NCBI GenBank assembly: GCA_910577205.1
Contig: CAJTMA010000006.1
Span: 4,770-68,769, forward strand
Direction of reading: 5' to 3'
DNA: 64,000 nt
DNA from: an uncultured Alphaproteobacteria bacterium
GTDB taxonomy: Bacteria > Pseudomonadota > Alphaproteobacteria > RF32 > CAG-239
Shown here: one piece after another, positions 10,326 to 18,979 of the stretch
How positions within the stretch are numbered: the stretch's first letter is position 1
Layout: each line of letters begins with the position of its first letter
Notes under the pieces: generated by a model
Database searches by the model: none
What the model was told of the DNA's origin: nothing
The model's input: the letters and a program-made list of their open reading frames with translations, nothing else
Made by a program: the position numbers and the translations under genes

Positions 10326-12593
10326 TTAATAGATTTCAATACCATGGTCATAAGCATAAGCCATTAATTGCGGACGTAAAGTCCTTTTTTTAGATTTCAA
10401 TAAACTTTTCACATAATCGCTCACTTCTCCGGCATTAATGGTGCGAATCATAGATTTGACCCGCCCGAAAGATGTTCCCGTGGATGACAGGTTACGATAC
10501 CCTAAGCCAATCAGCGCCATCGCTTCAATCGGGTTGGAGGCCATCTCGCCGCACACCGAACAATAAACGCCCGCAGCATCAGCCTTGGCAACAATATCGC
10601 CCATCAGCCGCAAAAACGGCGCAGACAGAACATCGTAACGTTCTGCTAAACGCGGATTGCCGCGATCACAGGCAAAAGTAAACTGCGCTAAATCATTTGT
10701 GCCGATGGAGATAAAATCCGTTTGTTTCAGAACCTCTTCCAGCTGAAAGACAATTGACGGAACTTCCACCATTAAGCCCACGTTGACTTTAGAGGGCACG
10801 GGTGTTCCGCGGCGTTTCTCCTTATCCAGCTCAATCATCAGCGTTTCTTTGGCTTCCTCAAATTCCGACACATCCGAAATCATCGGAAACATCACATTTA
10901 ATTCCTTGCCGGCAGCGGCGCGCAGGAAAGCCCGCATTTGCTTGCGCAAAATTGCCCGGCGGTCCAGCGTAATGCGAATCGAGCGCCAGCCGATGGCCGG
11001 GTTTTCTTCTCCCATAGCGCTCCAGTAAGGCAGCAGCTTGTCCGAACCGACATCCAAACTGCGGAAGATGACTTTTTTGTTTCCGGCCTTGTCCATCAAT
11101 TCCTTGTAATAAGATATCTGGCGCTCGACATCCGGCATTACATCGGAAGCCATAAAAGGGATTTCGGTTCGATATAATCCAACGCCATCACAATTCGTGG
11201 TTTCAATATAATCCAAATCAAACGCTAGACCGACATTGATATATTGCCAGATACGCACGCCGTCCAAGGTTTTAGAGGGCAGTTTTTTCAACTCATCCAA
11301 ACGCGCCTGCAGCTTTTGCTTTTCGGCAATTTTGGTTTTAAACTTCTCCTGAATAACCAAAGACGGATTGATATAGACATAGCCGTCATTACCGTCTACC
11401 GCAACAAAATCGCCGGTTTTAATATCATTAAACAAGCCTTTTATTTTGGCAATAACCGGGATATTCAACGCCTTGGCAACGATGGCAACGTGCATTGTCG
11501 GCGTGCCGTCTTCAATAATCAAACCGCGGATTTTATGATAGTCATAATCCATCAAATCCGCAGGCCCCATGGTTTGAGCCACCACGATAATGTCATTGCT
11601 TTTGATAACTTCGCAAGCCGTACAATAATCGCCGCTCAGATAATTTTGCAAGCGGTCGGCGACATCACGTAAATCATGCAGGCGCTCTTTGAGGTATTGG
11701 TCGTTCGTCGCGGACAAACGGTTCCACATATCTTCATAAGCACGCTCGACGGCGGCTTCGGCTGTCAGCCCGGAATTAACATTATCGGCAATTTTTTTAT
11801 ACCAGCCTTTATCCTTGGCAAACATCCGGTAAGTATCCAGAATGTCAACGTGTTCGCCAATGCCGAGTTTGGTTGAGTTCAGTTTTTCATCCAAATCATC
11901 GTTCATTTGGCGGTGCGCCACCTGCAAACGCTCCAATTCTTTTTCTTTGTCCTCGGCAAAAATTTTGCTGACAGCCTGGCGGCGACGATGAATAACCGCC
12001 TGCCCTAACCCGTAGCCTTTGCTTAAGCTCAGGCCTTTTACCCGCTCCCGGGTAACCAGGCCTCGCTCCTTAATCAGCTCTTTTTTATAATTTGACATTT
12101 CATCGGATGCGACAATCTCCGCCAGCACCATGGCCACGGTTTCAAGAATTTCAATTTCTGCCCGGGAGTACTCATGAATGGCTTTGCTTTGAATAACCAA
12201 TACCCCGATAGAACGATTCCAGCGAATCAGCGGCACGCCGAGAAAACTATGGTAAGCATCCTCTCCCAGTTCAGCCTTATATGCATATTTGGGGTGTTTT
12301 GATGCCTCAGAAGCAGCCAAAGAACGCGTTGTTTTCGCAACTTCACCAATCAGCCCCTCGCCATAACGGATTGTCAGCCGGTGTTCTGCAGTTTCATTCA
12401 GACCGCAAGAGGCAAACAGCTCCAGATAGTTGTCATCTACGGCAACATAAACAGAGGCCGCGTCAGAGGAGGTCTGCTCGGCAATTACCCGGATAATTTT
12501 AGACAGTTTAACCGAAACTTCGTCCTGCCCTTCGGTAACCTGACGCAGTTGTTTAAGGATATCCATAGCCTGATTGACGGCGGGTGACTGCAT
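10326..12593 (-). CDS. ptsP: phosphoenolpyruvate-protein phosphotransferase PtsP (GAF domain plus enzyme I of the nitrogen PTS)
   Basis: 755 aa. An N-terminal GAF-like region precedes enzyme I motifs, including the PEP-utilising His region (GGRTSHAAI-like ...GTNDLAQF) and a C-terminal TIM barrel. Confidence 0.85.
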   Translation of the reverse strand: MQSPAVNQAMDILKQLRQVTEGQDEVSVKLSKIIRVIAEQTSSDAASVYVAVDDNYLELFASCGLNETAEHRLTIRYGEGLIGEVAKTTRSLAASEASKHPKYAYKAELGEDAYHSFLGVPLIRWNRSIGVLVIQSKAIHEYSRAEIEILETVAMVLAEIVASDEMSNYKKELIKERGLVTRERVKGLSLSKGYGLGQAVIHRRRQAVSKIFAEDKEKELERLQVAHRQMNDDLDEKLNSTKLGIGEHVDILDTYRMFAKDKGWYKKIADNVNSGLTAEAAVERAYEDMWNRLSATNDQYLKERLHDLRDVADRLQNYLSGDYCTACEVIKSNDIIVVAQTMGPADLMDYDYHKIRGLIIEDGTPTMHVAIVAKALNIPVIAKIKGLFNDIKTGDFVAVDGNDGYVYINPSLVIQEKFKTKIAEKQKLQARLDELKKLPSKTLDGVRIWQYINVGLAFDLDYIETTNCDGVGLYRTEIPFMASDVMPDVERQISYYKELMDKAGNKKVIFRSLDVGSDKLLPYWSAMGEENPAIGWRSIRITLDRRAILRKQMRAFLRAAAGKELNVMFPMISDVSEFEEAKETLMIELDKEKRRGTPVPSKVNVGLMVEVPSIVFQLEEVLKQTDFISIGTNDLAQFTFACDRGNPRLAERYDVLSAPFLRLMGDIVAKADAAGVYCSVCGEMASNPIEAMALIGLGYRNLSSTGTSFGRVKSMIRTINAGEVSDYVKSLLKSKKRTLRPQLMAYAYDHGIEIY

Positions 12594-12702
12594 GATTTTT
12601 CCAACTGTCTTATCAAAAAAATTAAACTTGATTTTTTATATAATATCTATATCTTTTCATCAAGAACAATCTTATTTATTAATAATTAAAATTGAGAAAA
12701 CA

Positions 12703-13065
12703 ATGGAAAACAATTACAAGAGAGGCGACCATGATTCCCGGCCTTGGGGCACATGGGAAGTTTTGGATGCCGGAAACGGTTTCTGCGTTAAGAGAATCTG
12801 CGTAACCCCGGGCAACATTTTGTCCCTGCAATCTCACAACCACCGCGCTGAACACTGGATTATTGTCAAAGGACAGGCCGTGGTTACTCTGGGCGAAGAA
12901 AAACTTGTCAAAAATGCCAATGAATCCGTTTACATTCCTGTCGGCACAAAACACCGCATTCAGAATGACACGGACAAAAACATGGAATTCATTGAAGTTC
13001 AAACCGGTGATAATCTGGATGAAAATGACATCATCCGCTATGAAGATTCATACGGCCGCGTTTAA
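12703..13065 (+). CDS. cupin-domain protein (type II mannose-6-phosphate isomerase C-terminal-like cupin)
   Basis: The cupin motifs are present (HNHRAEHWIIVKG ... YIPVGTKHRIQN). I moved the start to the ATG at 12703 (MENNYKRGDH), because the track's longer ORF overlaps the ptsP start. Confidence 0.6.
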   Translation: MENNYKRGDHDSRPWGTWEVLDAGNGFCVKRICVTPGNILSLQSHNHRAEHWIIVKGQAVVTLGEEKLVKNANESVYIPVGTKHRIQNDTDKNMEFIEVQTGDNLDENDIIRYEDSYGRV

Positions 13066-13068
13066 TAA

Positions 13069-13098
13069 AAAAACCTCCGAAACGGAGGTTTTTTTATT
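13069..13098. terminator. bidirectional rho-independent terminator
   Basis: Hairpin AAAAAAACCTCCG-aaa-CGGAGGTTTTTTT between the convergent cupin and isochorismatase genes. Confidence 0.6.
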
Positions 13099-13102
13099 GT
13101 CA

Positions 13103-13648
13103 TCAGGCGCGGCGTTCCCACAATTCGTTAAACAAATCGCTGCCTGACTGGTTCATCCATTCAAACATAACCATCTCACGGGTGACGACATCCACACCAT
13201 TACGCTGCAAACGTTGTATACCCATGATGCTCTGCATTCCGTTGCGGGAAGAACTGCTGTCTGCCACCACAAAAACATGATATCCGGCCTCGGCAAAATC
13301 TATCGCCGTCTGAAGGACGCAAAGGTGGGTTTCCAACCCGGCGATAACCAGCTGTTTTTTGCCGGAGTGTTCAACAGCCTGACGAATGCCGTCATTTTTA
13401 TAGCAGGATAAAGTGTCCTTTTCATAGTAACAATCCGCCTCACCCAGCACATGGCGCAAGTCAATCATAGTCGGGCCGAATTTATTGCGGTCCTGTTCGG
13501 CCACGAGGTATGGAATATCCATTTTTTTAGCAACATTCAGCAATGCGGCACAACCGTTAATTACCTCACGCGGGCTCTCCTGAGCGGGCGCTAAATTTTC
13601 CTGCACATCAATAATCAGCAAGATAGAATCGTCTTTATTCATCAACAT
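13103..13648 (-). CDS. isochorismatase-family cysteine hydrolase
   Basis: 181 aa. The N-terminus (LLIIDVQENL) and the catalytic Cys region (HLCVLQTAID) are present. Confidence 0.8.
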   Translation of the reverse strand: MLMNKDDSILLIIDVQENLAPAQESPREVINGCAALLNVAKKMDIPYLVAEQDRNKFGPTMIDLRHVLGEADCYYEKDTLSCYKNDGIRQAVEHSGKKQLVIAGLETHLCVLQTAIDFAEAGYHVFVVADSSSSRNGMQSIMGIQRLQRNGVDVVTREMVMFEWMNQSGSDLFNELWERRA

Positions 13649-13743
13649 TCCGGCAGACTTTCATATTAGGGTTGACTATCATTATAAAATACATAATACT
13701 TCAGGAAATTGAAATAAACCAGAAAAAAACGAGAAGAACCACC

Positions 13744-14541
13744 ATGAATTTTATTGATTTGGGTTTAAGCAGCAAAACCGTGCAGGCTATTGACGAGTTT
13801 GGCATTACCGAGCCAACAACCGTGCAGGCTGATGTCATCCCTTCCATTTTGCAAGGCAAAGATGTCTTTACGATTGCGCCGGCAGGCTGCGGCAAAACAA
13901 CTTCTTATGTTTTTCCGTTGCTGGATGTTATTTCCGGTGCTGACGGAAAACAAAAAAATATCCTGATTATTACGCCGGATTCCGAGCAGTCGGTTGTTGT
14001 TTCTGACAGAATGGCCATCTTCAACAAATATCATGAAATTAATGAAGCGACCATCAAAGACAAGGCTGAAGATATTGATAACGAAGCCAACGTCATTATC
14101 GGTTCTCCCGAGCTTTTGGTTGAACTGGTTAACGAAGAAAAACTCGACTTAGCCAAAACCAATATTTTAGTAGTGGATGATATTAATCTCATCAAAAAGA
14201 AAAAACAGCTGAACAATCTGGAAAAAATTCTGGATTTATTGCCAGCCGATAAACAAAATATTGTCTATACCAACCGCCGCTCCAAAGAAACTCAAGGCAT
14301 TTTAGATAAGATTTTGAAAGCGCCGGAAGAAATCAAAGTTGACAAGGCAAAAGAACAGGAAGCCGAACTGACGGCTAAAAATCCTGCACAGGAAACTGCC
14401 GCTCCCAAACAAAACAATCACCGTTGCAAACAGCCGGTTAAAGACAGCGAAGCTTTGGAACTGGTGAAAAAATATGACTCGTTCAACGGCAAGACGCCAT
14501 CTTTCCTGATAAATAAAGGCATCATAGTTAATATCGATTAA
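13744..14541 (+). CDS. DEAD-box-like protein with only the N-terminal RecA domain and degenerate motifs
   Basis: The Q motif (PTTVQ) and Walker A (APAGCGKT) are present. Motif II is VVDDIN in place of DEAD, and motif III is absent. No helicase C domain follows. The C-terminus is K/E-rich. I set the start at MNFIDLG (13744). Confidence 0.6.
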   Translation: MNFIDLGLSSKTVQAIDEFGITEPTTVQADVIPSILQGKDVFTIAPAGCGKTTSYVFPLLDVISGADGKQKNILIITPDSEQSVVVSDRMAIFNKYHEINEATIKDKAEDIDNEANVIIGSPELLVELVNEEKLDLAKTNILVVDDINLIKKKKQLNNLEKILDLLPADKQNIVYTNRRSKETQGILDKILKAPEEIKVDKAKEQEAELTAKNPAQETAAPKQNNHRCKQPVKDSEALELVKKYDSFNGKTPSFLINKGIIVNID

Positions 14542-14577
14542 AAAAGTCCCCTTGCTTTGGCAAGGGGACTTTTATTT
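14541..14577. terminator. bidirectional intrinsic terminator
   Basis: AAAAAGTCCCCTTGC-tttg-GCAAGGGGACTTTTATTT between the convergent DEAD-like gene and XRE copy 1. Confidence 0.6.
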
Positions 14578-14821
14578 AGGAAATATCTTCGAGTTCTATC
14601 TTGATTTTGCAGTTGTAAAACCCGGCCAGATAACTGAGCATACCCCAGTGAACATAGGCCTTGCCGCTTTCCACTTGGTCAAAGTAATGCGGCGAAACAC
14701 TGACTTTCATCGCCAATTCGTCGAGCGTCATCTTTTGCGATAGCCGCCGCTCATAAAACTGCCGCCCTAAATGGGCAAAAGTTTCCTGATTATTTTTTCT
14801 GATTTGTTTTTTGGTTAACAT
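14576..14821 (-). CDS. XRE-family helix-turn-helix transcriptional regulator (module copy 1)
   Basis: The HTH region is QKMTLDELAMKVSVSPHYFDQVESG. It is near-identical to the ORF at 48743-49000, differing by V/I and S/A. I chose the start at the second ATG (MLTKKQ), which has a GGAG RBS. The track start is 14833. Confidence 0.75.
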   Translation of the reverse strand: MLTKKQIRKNNQETFAHLGRQFYERRLSQKMTLDELAMKVSVSPHYFDQVESGKAYVHWGMLSYLAGFYNCKIKIELEDIS

Positions 14822-14926
14822 TTCCAACTCCATTTTTGTTTTTTAATAAACCCCACTTAATCTCCCCTTAAATTAAGGGGAGAAAGTCATGTTGCTCAGC
14901 AACATGACCAGAGGGGTTTTATAAGT

Positions 14927-15089
14927 TAAACAAAACCTGCCTTTAGCTTCCTAAAGGCAGGGGAGTTCGAAACTGTAACAGAACAGTCCGGGTTATTCGC
15001 GCATAGCCTTATCTCCCCGGCTCCCCTCAAAAGGAGTCGTTCTTTTCTGTTAGGAGTTTCGATACTCCACAATCCGTCTCCGGACTGCG
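14927..15089 (-). ncRNA. candidate structured small RNA or cis-regulatory leader (module copy 1)
   Basis: The promoter is TTGCAA-16 nt-TACAAT (15096-15123 on the minus strand). A long-range helix pairs CAGTCCGG with CCGGACTG, and there are several internal hairpins. It ends in the GC-rich hairpin CCTGCCTTTA...TAAAGGCAGG followed by a T-run. The second copy at 48485-48648 carries stem-preserving substitutions. Confidence 0.5.
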
Positions 15090-15252
15090 AGAATGATTGT
15101 AAGGCAAAATAGTTAATTTGCAATGAAAAAAAGCCTTACCCGGCGGGGTATTGGTCTTATTTCAGTTGCCGAGATTACTTCGTCACGCGTTTCTTGTGAG
15201 GACTGTTCTGTAAAAAAATCTCCGGCTTGCGGAGATTCTTAAAAGGGTGTCC

Positions 15253-15414
15253 CTACCAAGGAATATCTGTTCCCTGAATACATTTTCGGCTATCCTGCCG
15301 GCAGGTTTCCGTACGATTTAAATCATGCATGGCATGGCGTTTTTCATTAAATTTTCCGGCTTCGACACAAGCCGTCAACAGACATACCGCAACAAAGATT
15401 AAAACTTTTTTCAT
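15253..15414 (-). CDS. small putative lipoprotein (53 aa), absent from the ORF track
   Basis: ATG at 15414 with an AAGGAAA RBS. It encodes MKKVLIFVAVCLLTAC|VEAG..., which is a signal peptide with a lipobox Cys. A terminator-like hairpin lies downstream (AATCTCCGgcttgCGGAGATT, ~15211-15240). Confidence 0.35.
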   Translation of the reverse strand: MKKVLIFVAVCLLTACVEAGKFNEKRHAMHDLNRTETCRQDSRKCIQGTDIPW

Positions 15415-15426
15415 TTTAATTTCCTT

Positions 15427-15795
15427 TTAGAAAAAAGAACGGAGGCAGAGATAAACTACCAGAATAATCACCAACCGGGCAATCCGGCTCAGCCACGGGC
15501 TGCGTTCATAACGCGCGCCGCTCCGCCAAACGGCAAACACCATTGAGATATTATAAGCAATAAACAGACATAAGCTGGTCAGGTAGCAAACCGTATAAAC
15601 CACTATTGAGGTATCCATCTTCAACGGATTAAAATAAGCCGTAAAATACTTGTATATGCTTATCCCCCCCAAGAGCGGCGCTAACAGCGCGCCAAACATT
15701 TTTACAATCAGCAATCCGGCAAGGATGCCGAAGATGCCAAACTTCCAAAAGGTTTCTTTGAGGCCGAACTCGCCGGCTATAAGTTTTTTATACAT
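15427..15795 (-). CDS. hypothetical small membrane protein
   Basis: Three or four hydrophobic helices. I chose the start at the internal Met (MYKKLIAGEF). The upstream extension is K/R-rich and may also be translated. Confidence 0.4.
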   Translation of the reverse strand: MYKKLIAGEFGLKETFWKFGIFGILAGLLIVKMFGALLAPLLGGISIYKYFTAYFNPLKMDTSIVVYTVCYLTSLCLFIAYNISMVFAVWRSGARYERSPWLSRIARLVIILVVYLCLRSFF

Positions 15796-15878
15796 ATAAA
15801 ATTCCGCTCTTAGGTAAAGTTTTCCTAAACCGATATTGCGCTTTTTTTTGCGCTGCCGCAAGTTAATTATGCAAGTTT

Positions 15879-17261
15879 TTAGCAGTTGGCAACATTTACG
15901 GCTAAACCGCCCAATGATGTTTCCTTATACTTGTTATGCATATCGCGCCCTGTATCAAACATGGTTTTAATCACGCTGTCTAATGAAACAACGTGCTGCC
16001 CCGTGCCACGCAGTGCCAGACGCGCAGAATTTACCGCTTTTATCGCCCCCATAGCATTGCGTTCAATACAAGGGACTTGCACCAAGCCGCTCAAAGGATC
16101 GCAGGTCAGCCCCAAATTGTGTTCCATGGCGATTTCAGCAGCATTTTCTATTTGTTTGTTACTGCCGCCCATTGCCGCAACCAAACCGGCGGCAGCCATA
16201 GAACAAGCTACGCCGACTTCGCCCTGGCAGCCGACTTCTGCTCCGGAAATTGAAGCATTTGTCCGATACAGGCTGCAAATGGCGGAAGCTGTCAATAAAA
16301 AGATTTTAATTCCTTCCGCAACTGAATACGGCGAGCGCACATGGGCAAAGCGTTCATAATAGCGCATAACGGCAGGAATAATGCCGGCAGACCCCATGGT
16401 TGGCGCGGTAACGACTTGCCCGCCGCAAGCATTTTCCTCAGCAACGGCAAAACCCCACAGATTAATCCAATCAATCATATCCAGCGGGTCAAACTCATTA
16501 TGCAGGAATTTTTCCTCAAGCCGCTGATACAGCTTGCTGGCGCGGCGCTCGATATTGAGGCCGCCGGGCAGCACGCCGCGGGCTTTGATTCCGCGCTCTA
16601 ACGAGTTTTGCATAACGCGGTTAATTTTCTCAATGCCGGCACTAACCTCCTCTGCCGGACGCAACGCAGCTTCATTGGCAAAAACCAAGTCGGCAATCGA
16701 CAGGTTATGCTCCGCACACAAAGCCATCAGCTGCTGGCAGCTGTTAAAGTCATATGGCACATTGTAGGGGTCGCGCTCACAGCGGGCAGCCATTTCATCC
16801 TGACGGGCAACCGTGCCGCCGCCAACTGAAAAGTAAACTTCATTTGACAGCAGGTTTCCTTCGGCATCAAAAGCTTTGAAGCGCATTCCGTTGGAATGTT
16901 CCGGCAGAAAAATTTCTTTTTCAAAAATAACATTCTTATCCAAATCAAAGGGAATAGCGCGCTCCTGCCCGAGGTGGAGCATTTTATCTTTCTCCACGGC
17001 ATTGACATAAGGCACTTCCGGGTCAATGGCTTCGGCCTCAAGCCCCATTAACCCGTAAACAATCGCTTTAACCGTGCCATGCCCAAAGCCGGTTAAGGCC
17101 AGAGAGCCATAGAGGACAACATCTATTTTAGCAACTTTTTCAAACAAGTTTTGCTCATGCAGGCTGTCTAACCAGCGCTTGGCGGCACGCATCGGGCCAA
17201 CAGTATGCGAACTTGACGGGCCGACCCCAATCGAAAAAATCTCAAAAAAGCTGTAGTACAT
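15879..17261 (-). CDS. sdaA: L-serine dehydratase (single-chain, Fe-S dependent)
   Basis: 460 aa. The N-terminus [27 protein letters not shown] is the typical SdaA start. The alpha and beta domains are fused, and the Cys ligands are present. Confidence 0.9.
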   Translation of the reverse strand: MYYSFFEIFSIGVGPSSSHTVGPMRAAKRWLDSLHEQNLFEKVAKIDVVLYGSLALTGFGHGTVKAIVYGLMGLEAEAIDPEVPYVNAVEKDKMLHLGQERAIPFDLDKNVIFEKEIFLPEHSNGMRFKAFDAEGNLLSNEVYFSVGGGTVARQDEMAARCERDPYNVPYDFNSCQQLMALCAEHNLSIADLVFANEAALRPAEEVSAGIEKINRVMQNSLERGIKARGVLPGGLNIERRASKLYQRLEEKFLHNEFDPLDMIDWINLWGFAVAEENACGGQVVTAPTMGSAGIIPAVMRYYERFAHVRSPYSVAEGIKIFLLTASAICSLYRTNASISGAEVGCQGEVGVACSMAAAGLVAAMGGSNKQIENAAEIAMEHNLGLTCDPLSGLVQVPCIERNAMGAIKAVNSARLALRGTGQHVVSLDSVIKTMFDTGRDMHNKYKETSLGGLAVNVANC

Positions 17262-17263
17262 TT

Positions 17264-18979
17264 CTAAAAATTATCCTCAATCCAGATGTAGTTTTTGACA
17301 CCCAGTTCATTTTGAACTTTGGCAATATATTGGGATTCTTTACCCCATTTGGTATATTTATCAATAAAAGCTTTTGCTTTTTCCGATGATTTTGACAACT
17401 GGACTTCGATTGTTTCTTGCAGCATGGCGTAAATCACATCATGGAATTTATCAAAATTAATATGCAGCTTATGTTCATCATCGAACCAGAAAGCGCCGTT
17501 ATCATGCAGGAAATTGAAATGTATCAATTCGCCAACGCGATGCGCTTCCAGAGGCTGAGCTTTCAAAAACAGCCGGTAAGCAACCCAGGTCGTATAAATC
17601 TTTTTCAGGGTTTCTTCATCAATCACCCCGGCTTTGACATATTCCGGCATAAAAGCAATCGAAACAACGTCTGCTTTTTCTTCTTCGACAGTGCTTTTAT
17701 GCAGCCCCATGGCACGTTGGTAATCATTATCCGGCCCAAGAGAGTGGCCGTTTTCATGCCCGATAACAAACAGGTGGTCAGCTTCCAAGTCAAAATATTT
17801 ATGCAATTCCGGCGCAACCAAACGTTCCAATAATTTCTGATTGCGTTCAGGATCACCACTCATGCGCACCTGACGGTGATAAGCATTACGGCGGCCGCCG
17901 CCGGTTTTTATCGCCAGCTTATCATTGTTCGGCAGGTTTTGCGCTGTGGTTATTGCGCCGCGACACTGGGCATAGTCGCCAGTCAAAGCCACCACATCAA
18001 CATCAACCATGGTCTGTTTTAATTCGCCCGCGTCAGAAACCGACTGATGATAGCTGTCAGCATAGGGCATCAATTTTGCCAGTTCAGGCATATGTTCTTT
18101 GAATTTTAAAATCAAATCCGTGCCCTGTTTATTGATAATACCGACACGAACACCCAGCATATCCTTCGGATTAACTTCAATATTATGTTTATTTAACAAA
18201 TCCATTAACTGAGGGTTATCATAGACTGTCGGGGTCAGCTCATCGTCATAACTTTCCCGTCCCAAAGTGAACTCCAGCTGGTTGTTGTTTTGTAAAACAG
18301 CCCAATGCTTGTCTGCCAGCATATCCATGTCTTCATTATTTTGCAGCAAAGCCTGAGCCTGCCAGCCGAGGTAATCCTTAAAATCCTCATCAGTGGTATA
18401 ATGCGCGGCGACTTCAATTTCGTTAGCCGCACGGGAAAACGCGTCTTTGAAGTATTCGGTGTAGTCAACGGCTTTCAAATCATTCCCATCGCGGCGCACC
18501 ATTGTACGGACGCTCAGAATTTTTTTGACAGCCTCAATTTTGCCTTCGTTAATCATTCGCTGTAAAATGTTATGAAATTCTTCCACGCCCAGGTCAGAAG
18601 GATAGAAATTGCGGCCTTTCGCCCCTTTGATTCCCTTAAAGATTTCCACGGGTTCTAAGTCAAGCCCGTTATGGCCTTCGACACCATGAAACGAAGTGAA
18701 CAATTTAAGCGCTTTAGCAGCGTGAGTATTGGTCTGAGCGGCTTCTTCCAAAGCTTTTTTCATCGGCAGGTTCATCTCATGATCCTGCTCCATGGCAACT
18801 TCATCAAAAATTTTGGCGGCAGCAACGAGGTGTTGAAGAGCCTTTTTGTTGCCTTCGGTCAAATTTTTGTAACCGGCAAAGTCTTTAGACACCAGTTCAA
18901 CCTTGCGCATTTTATTGTTAATAATGTCATCCAGTTGTTCTTCACTCAAATTCAGTTCATATCCGTTAATTTTCATCAC
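17264..18979 (-). CDS. zinc metallopeptidase (gluzincin; DPP III/M49-like)
   Basis: 571 aa. It has an HExxH motif (VIGHENGHSLG) and a downstream EEEKAD Glu-rich motif, like the second motif of M49. The family assignment is tentative. Confidence 0.65.
   Translation of the reverse strand: MMKINGYELNLSEEQLDDIINNKMRKVELVSKDFAGYKNLTEGNKKALQHLVAAAKIFDEVAMEQDHEMNLPMKKALEEAAQTNTHAAKALKLFTSFHGVEGHNGLDLEPVEIFKGIKGAKGRNFYPSDLGVEEFHNILQRMINEGKIEAVKKILSVRTMVRRDGNDLKAVDYTEYFKDAFSRAANEIEVAAHYTTDEDFKDYLGWQAQALLQNNEDMDMLADKHWAVLQNNNQLEFTLGRESYDDELTPTVYDNPQLMDLLNKHNIEVNPKDMLGVRVGIINKQGTDLILKFKEHMPELAKLMPYADSYHQSVSDAGELKQTMVDVDVVALTGDYAQCRGAITTAQNLPNNDKLAIKTGGGRRNAYHRQVRMSGDPERNQKLLERLVAPELHKYFDLEADHLFVIGHENGHSLGPDNDYQRAMGLHKSTVEEEKADVVSIAFMPEYVKAGVIDEETLKKIYTTWVAYRLFLKAQPLEAHRVGELIHFNFLHDNGAFWFDDEHKLHINFDKFHDVIYAMLQETIEVQLSKSSEKAKAFIDKYTKWGKESQYIAKVQNELGVKNYIWIEDNF

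Noticed and set aside
12594-12702. A promoter upstream of the cupin gene (TTGATT...TATAAT-like).
   Set aside because: Spacing between the candidate -35 and -10 hexamers is far from 17 nt in every combination I tried.
14926-15123. A protein-coding gene within the structured-RNA region (track ORFs 14926-15123 and 48452-48703).
   Set aside because: The two copies differ by substitutions that preserve RNA stems but are radical at the protein level (C to V, C to S, L to K, SIE to GMQ). A 1-nt indel changes the ORF end. There is no RBS, and the 'start' of copy 2 is a TTG inside the -35 box.
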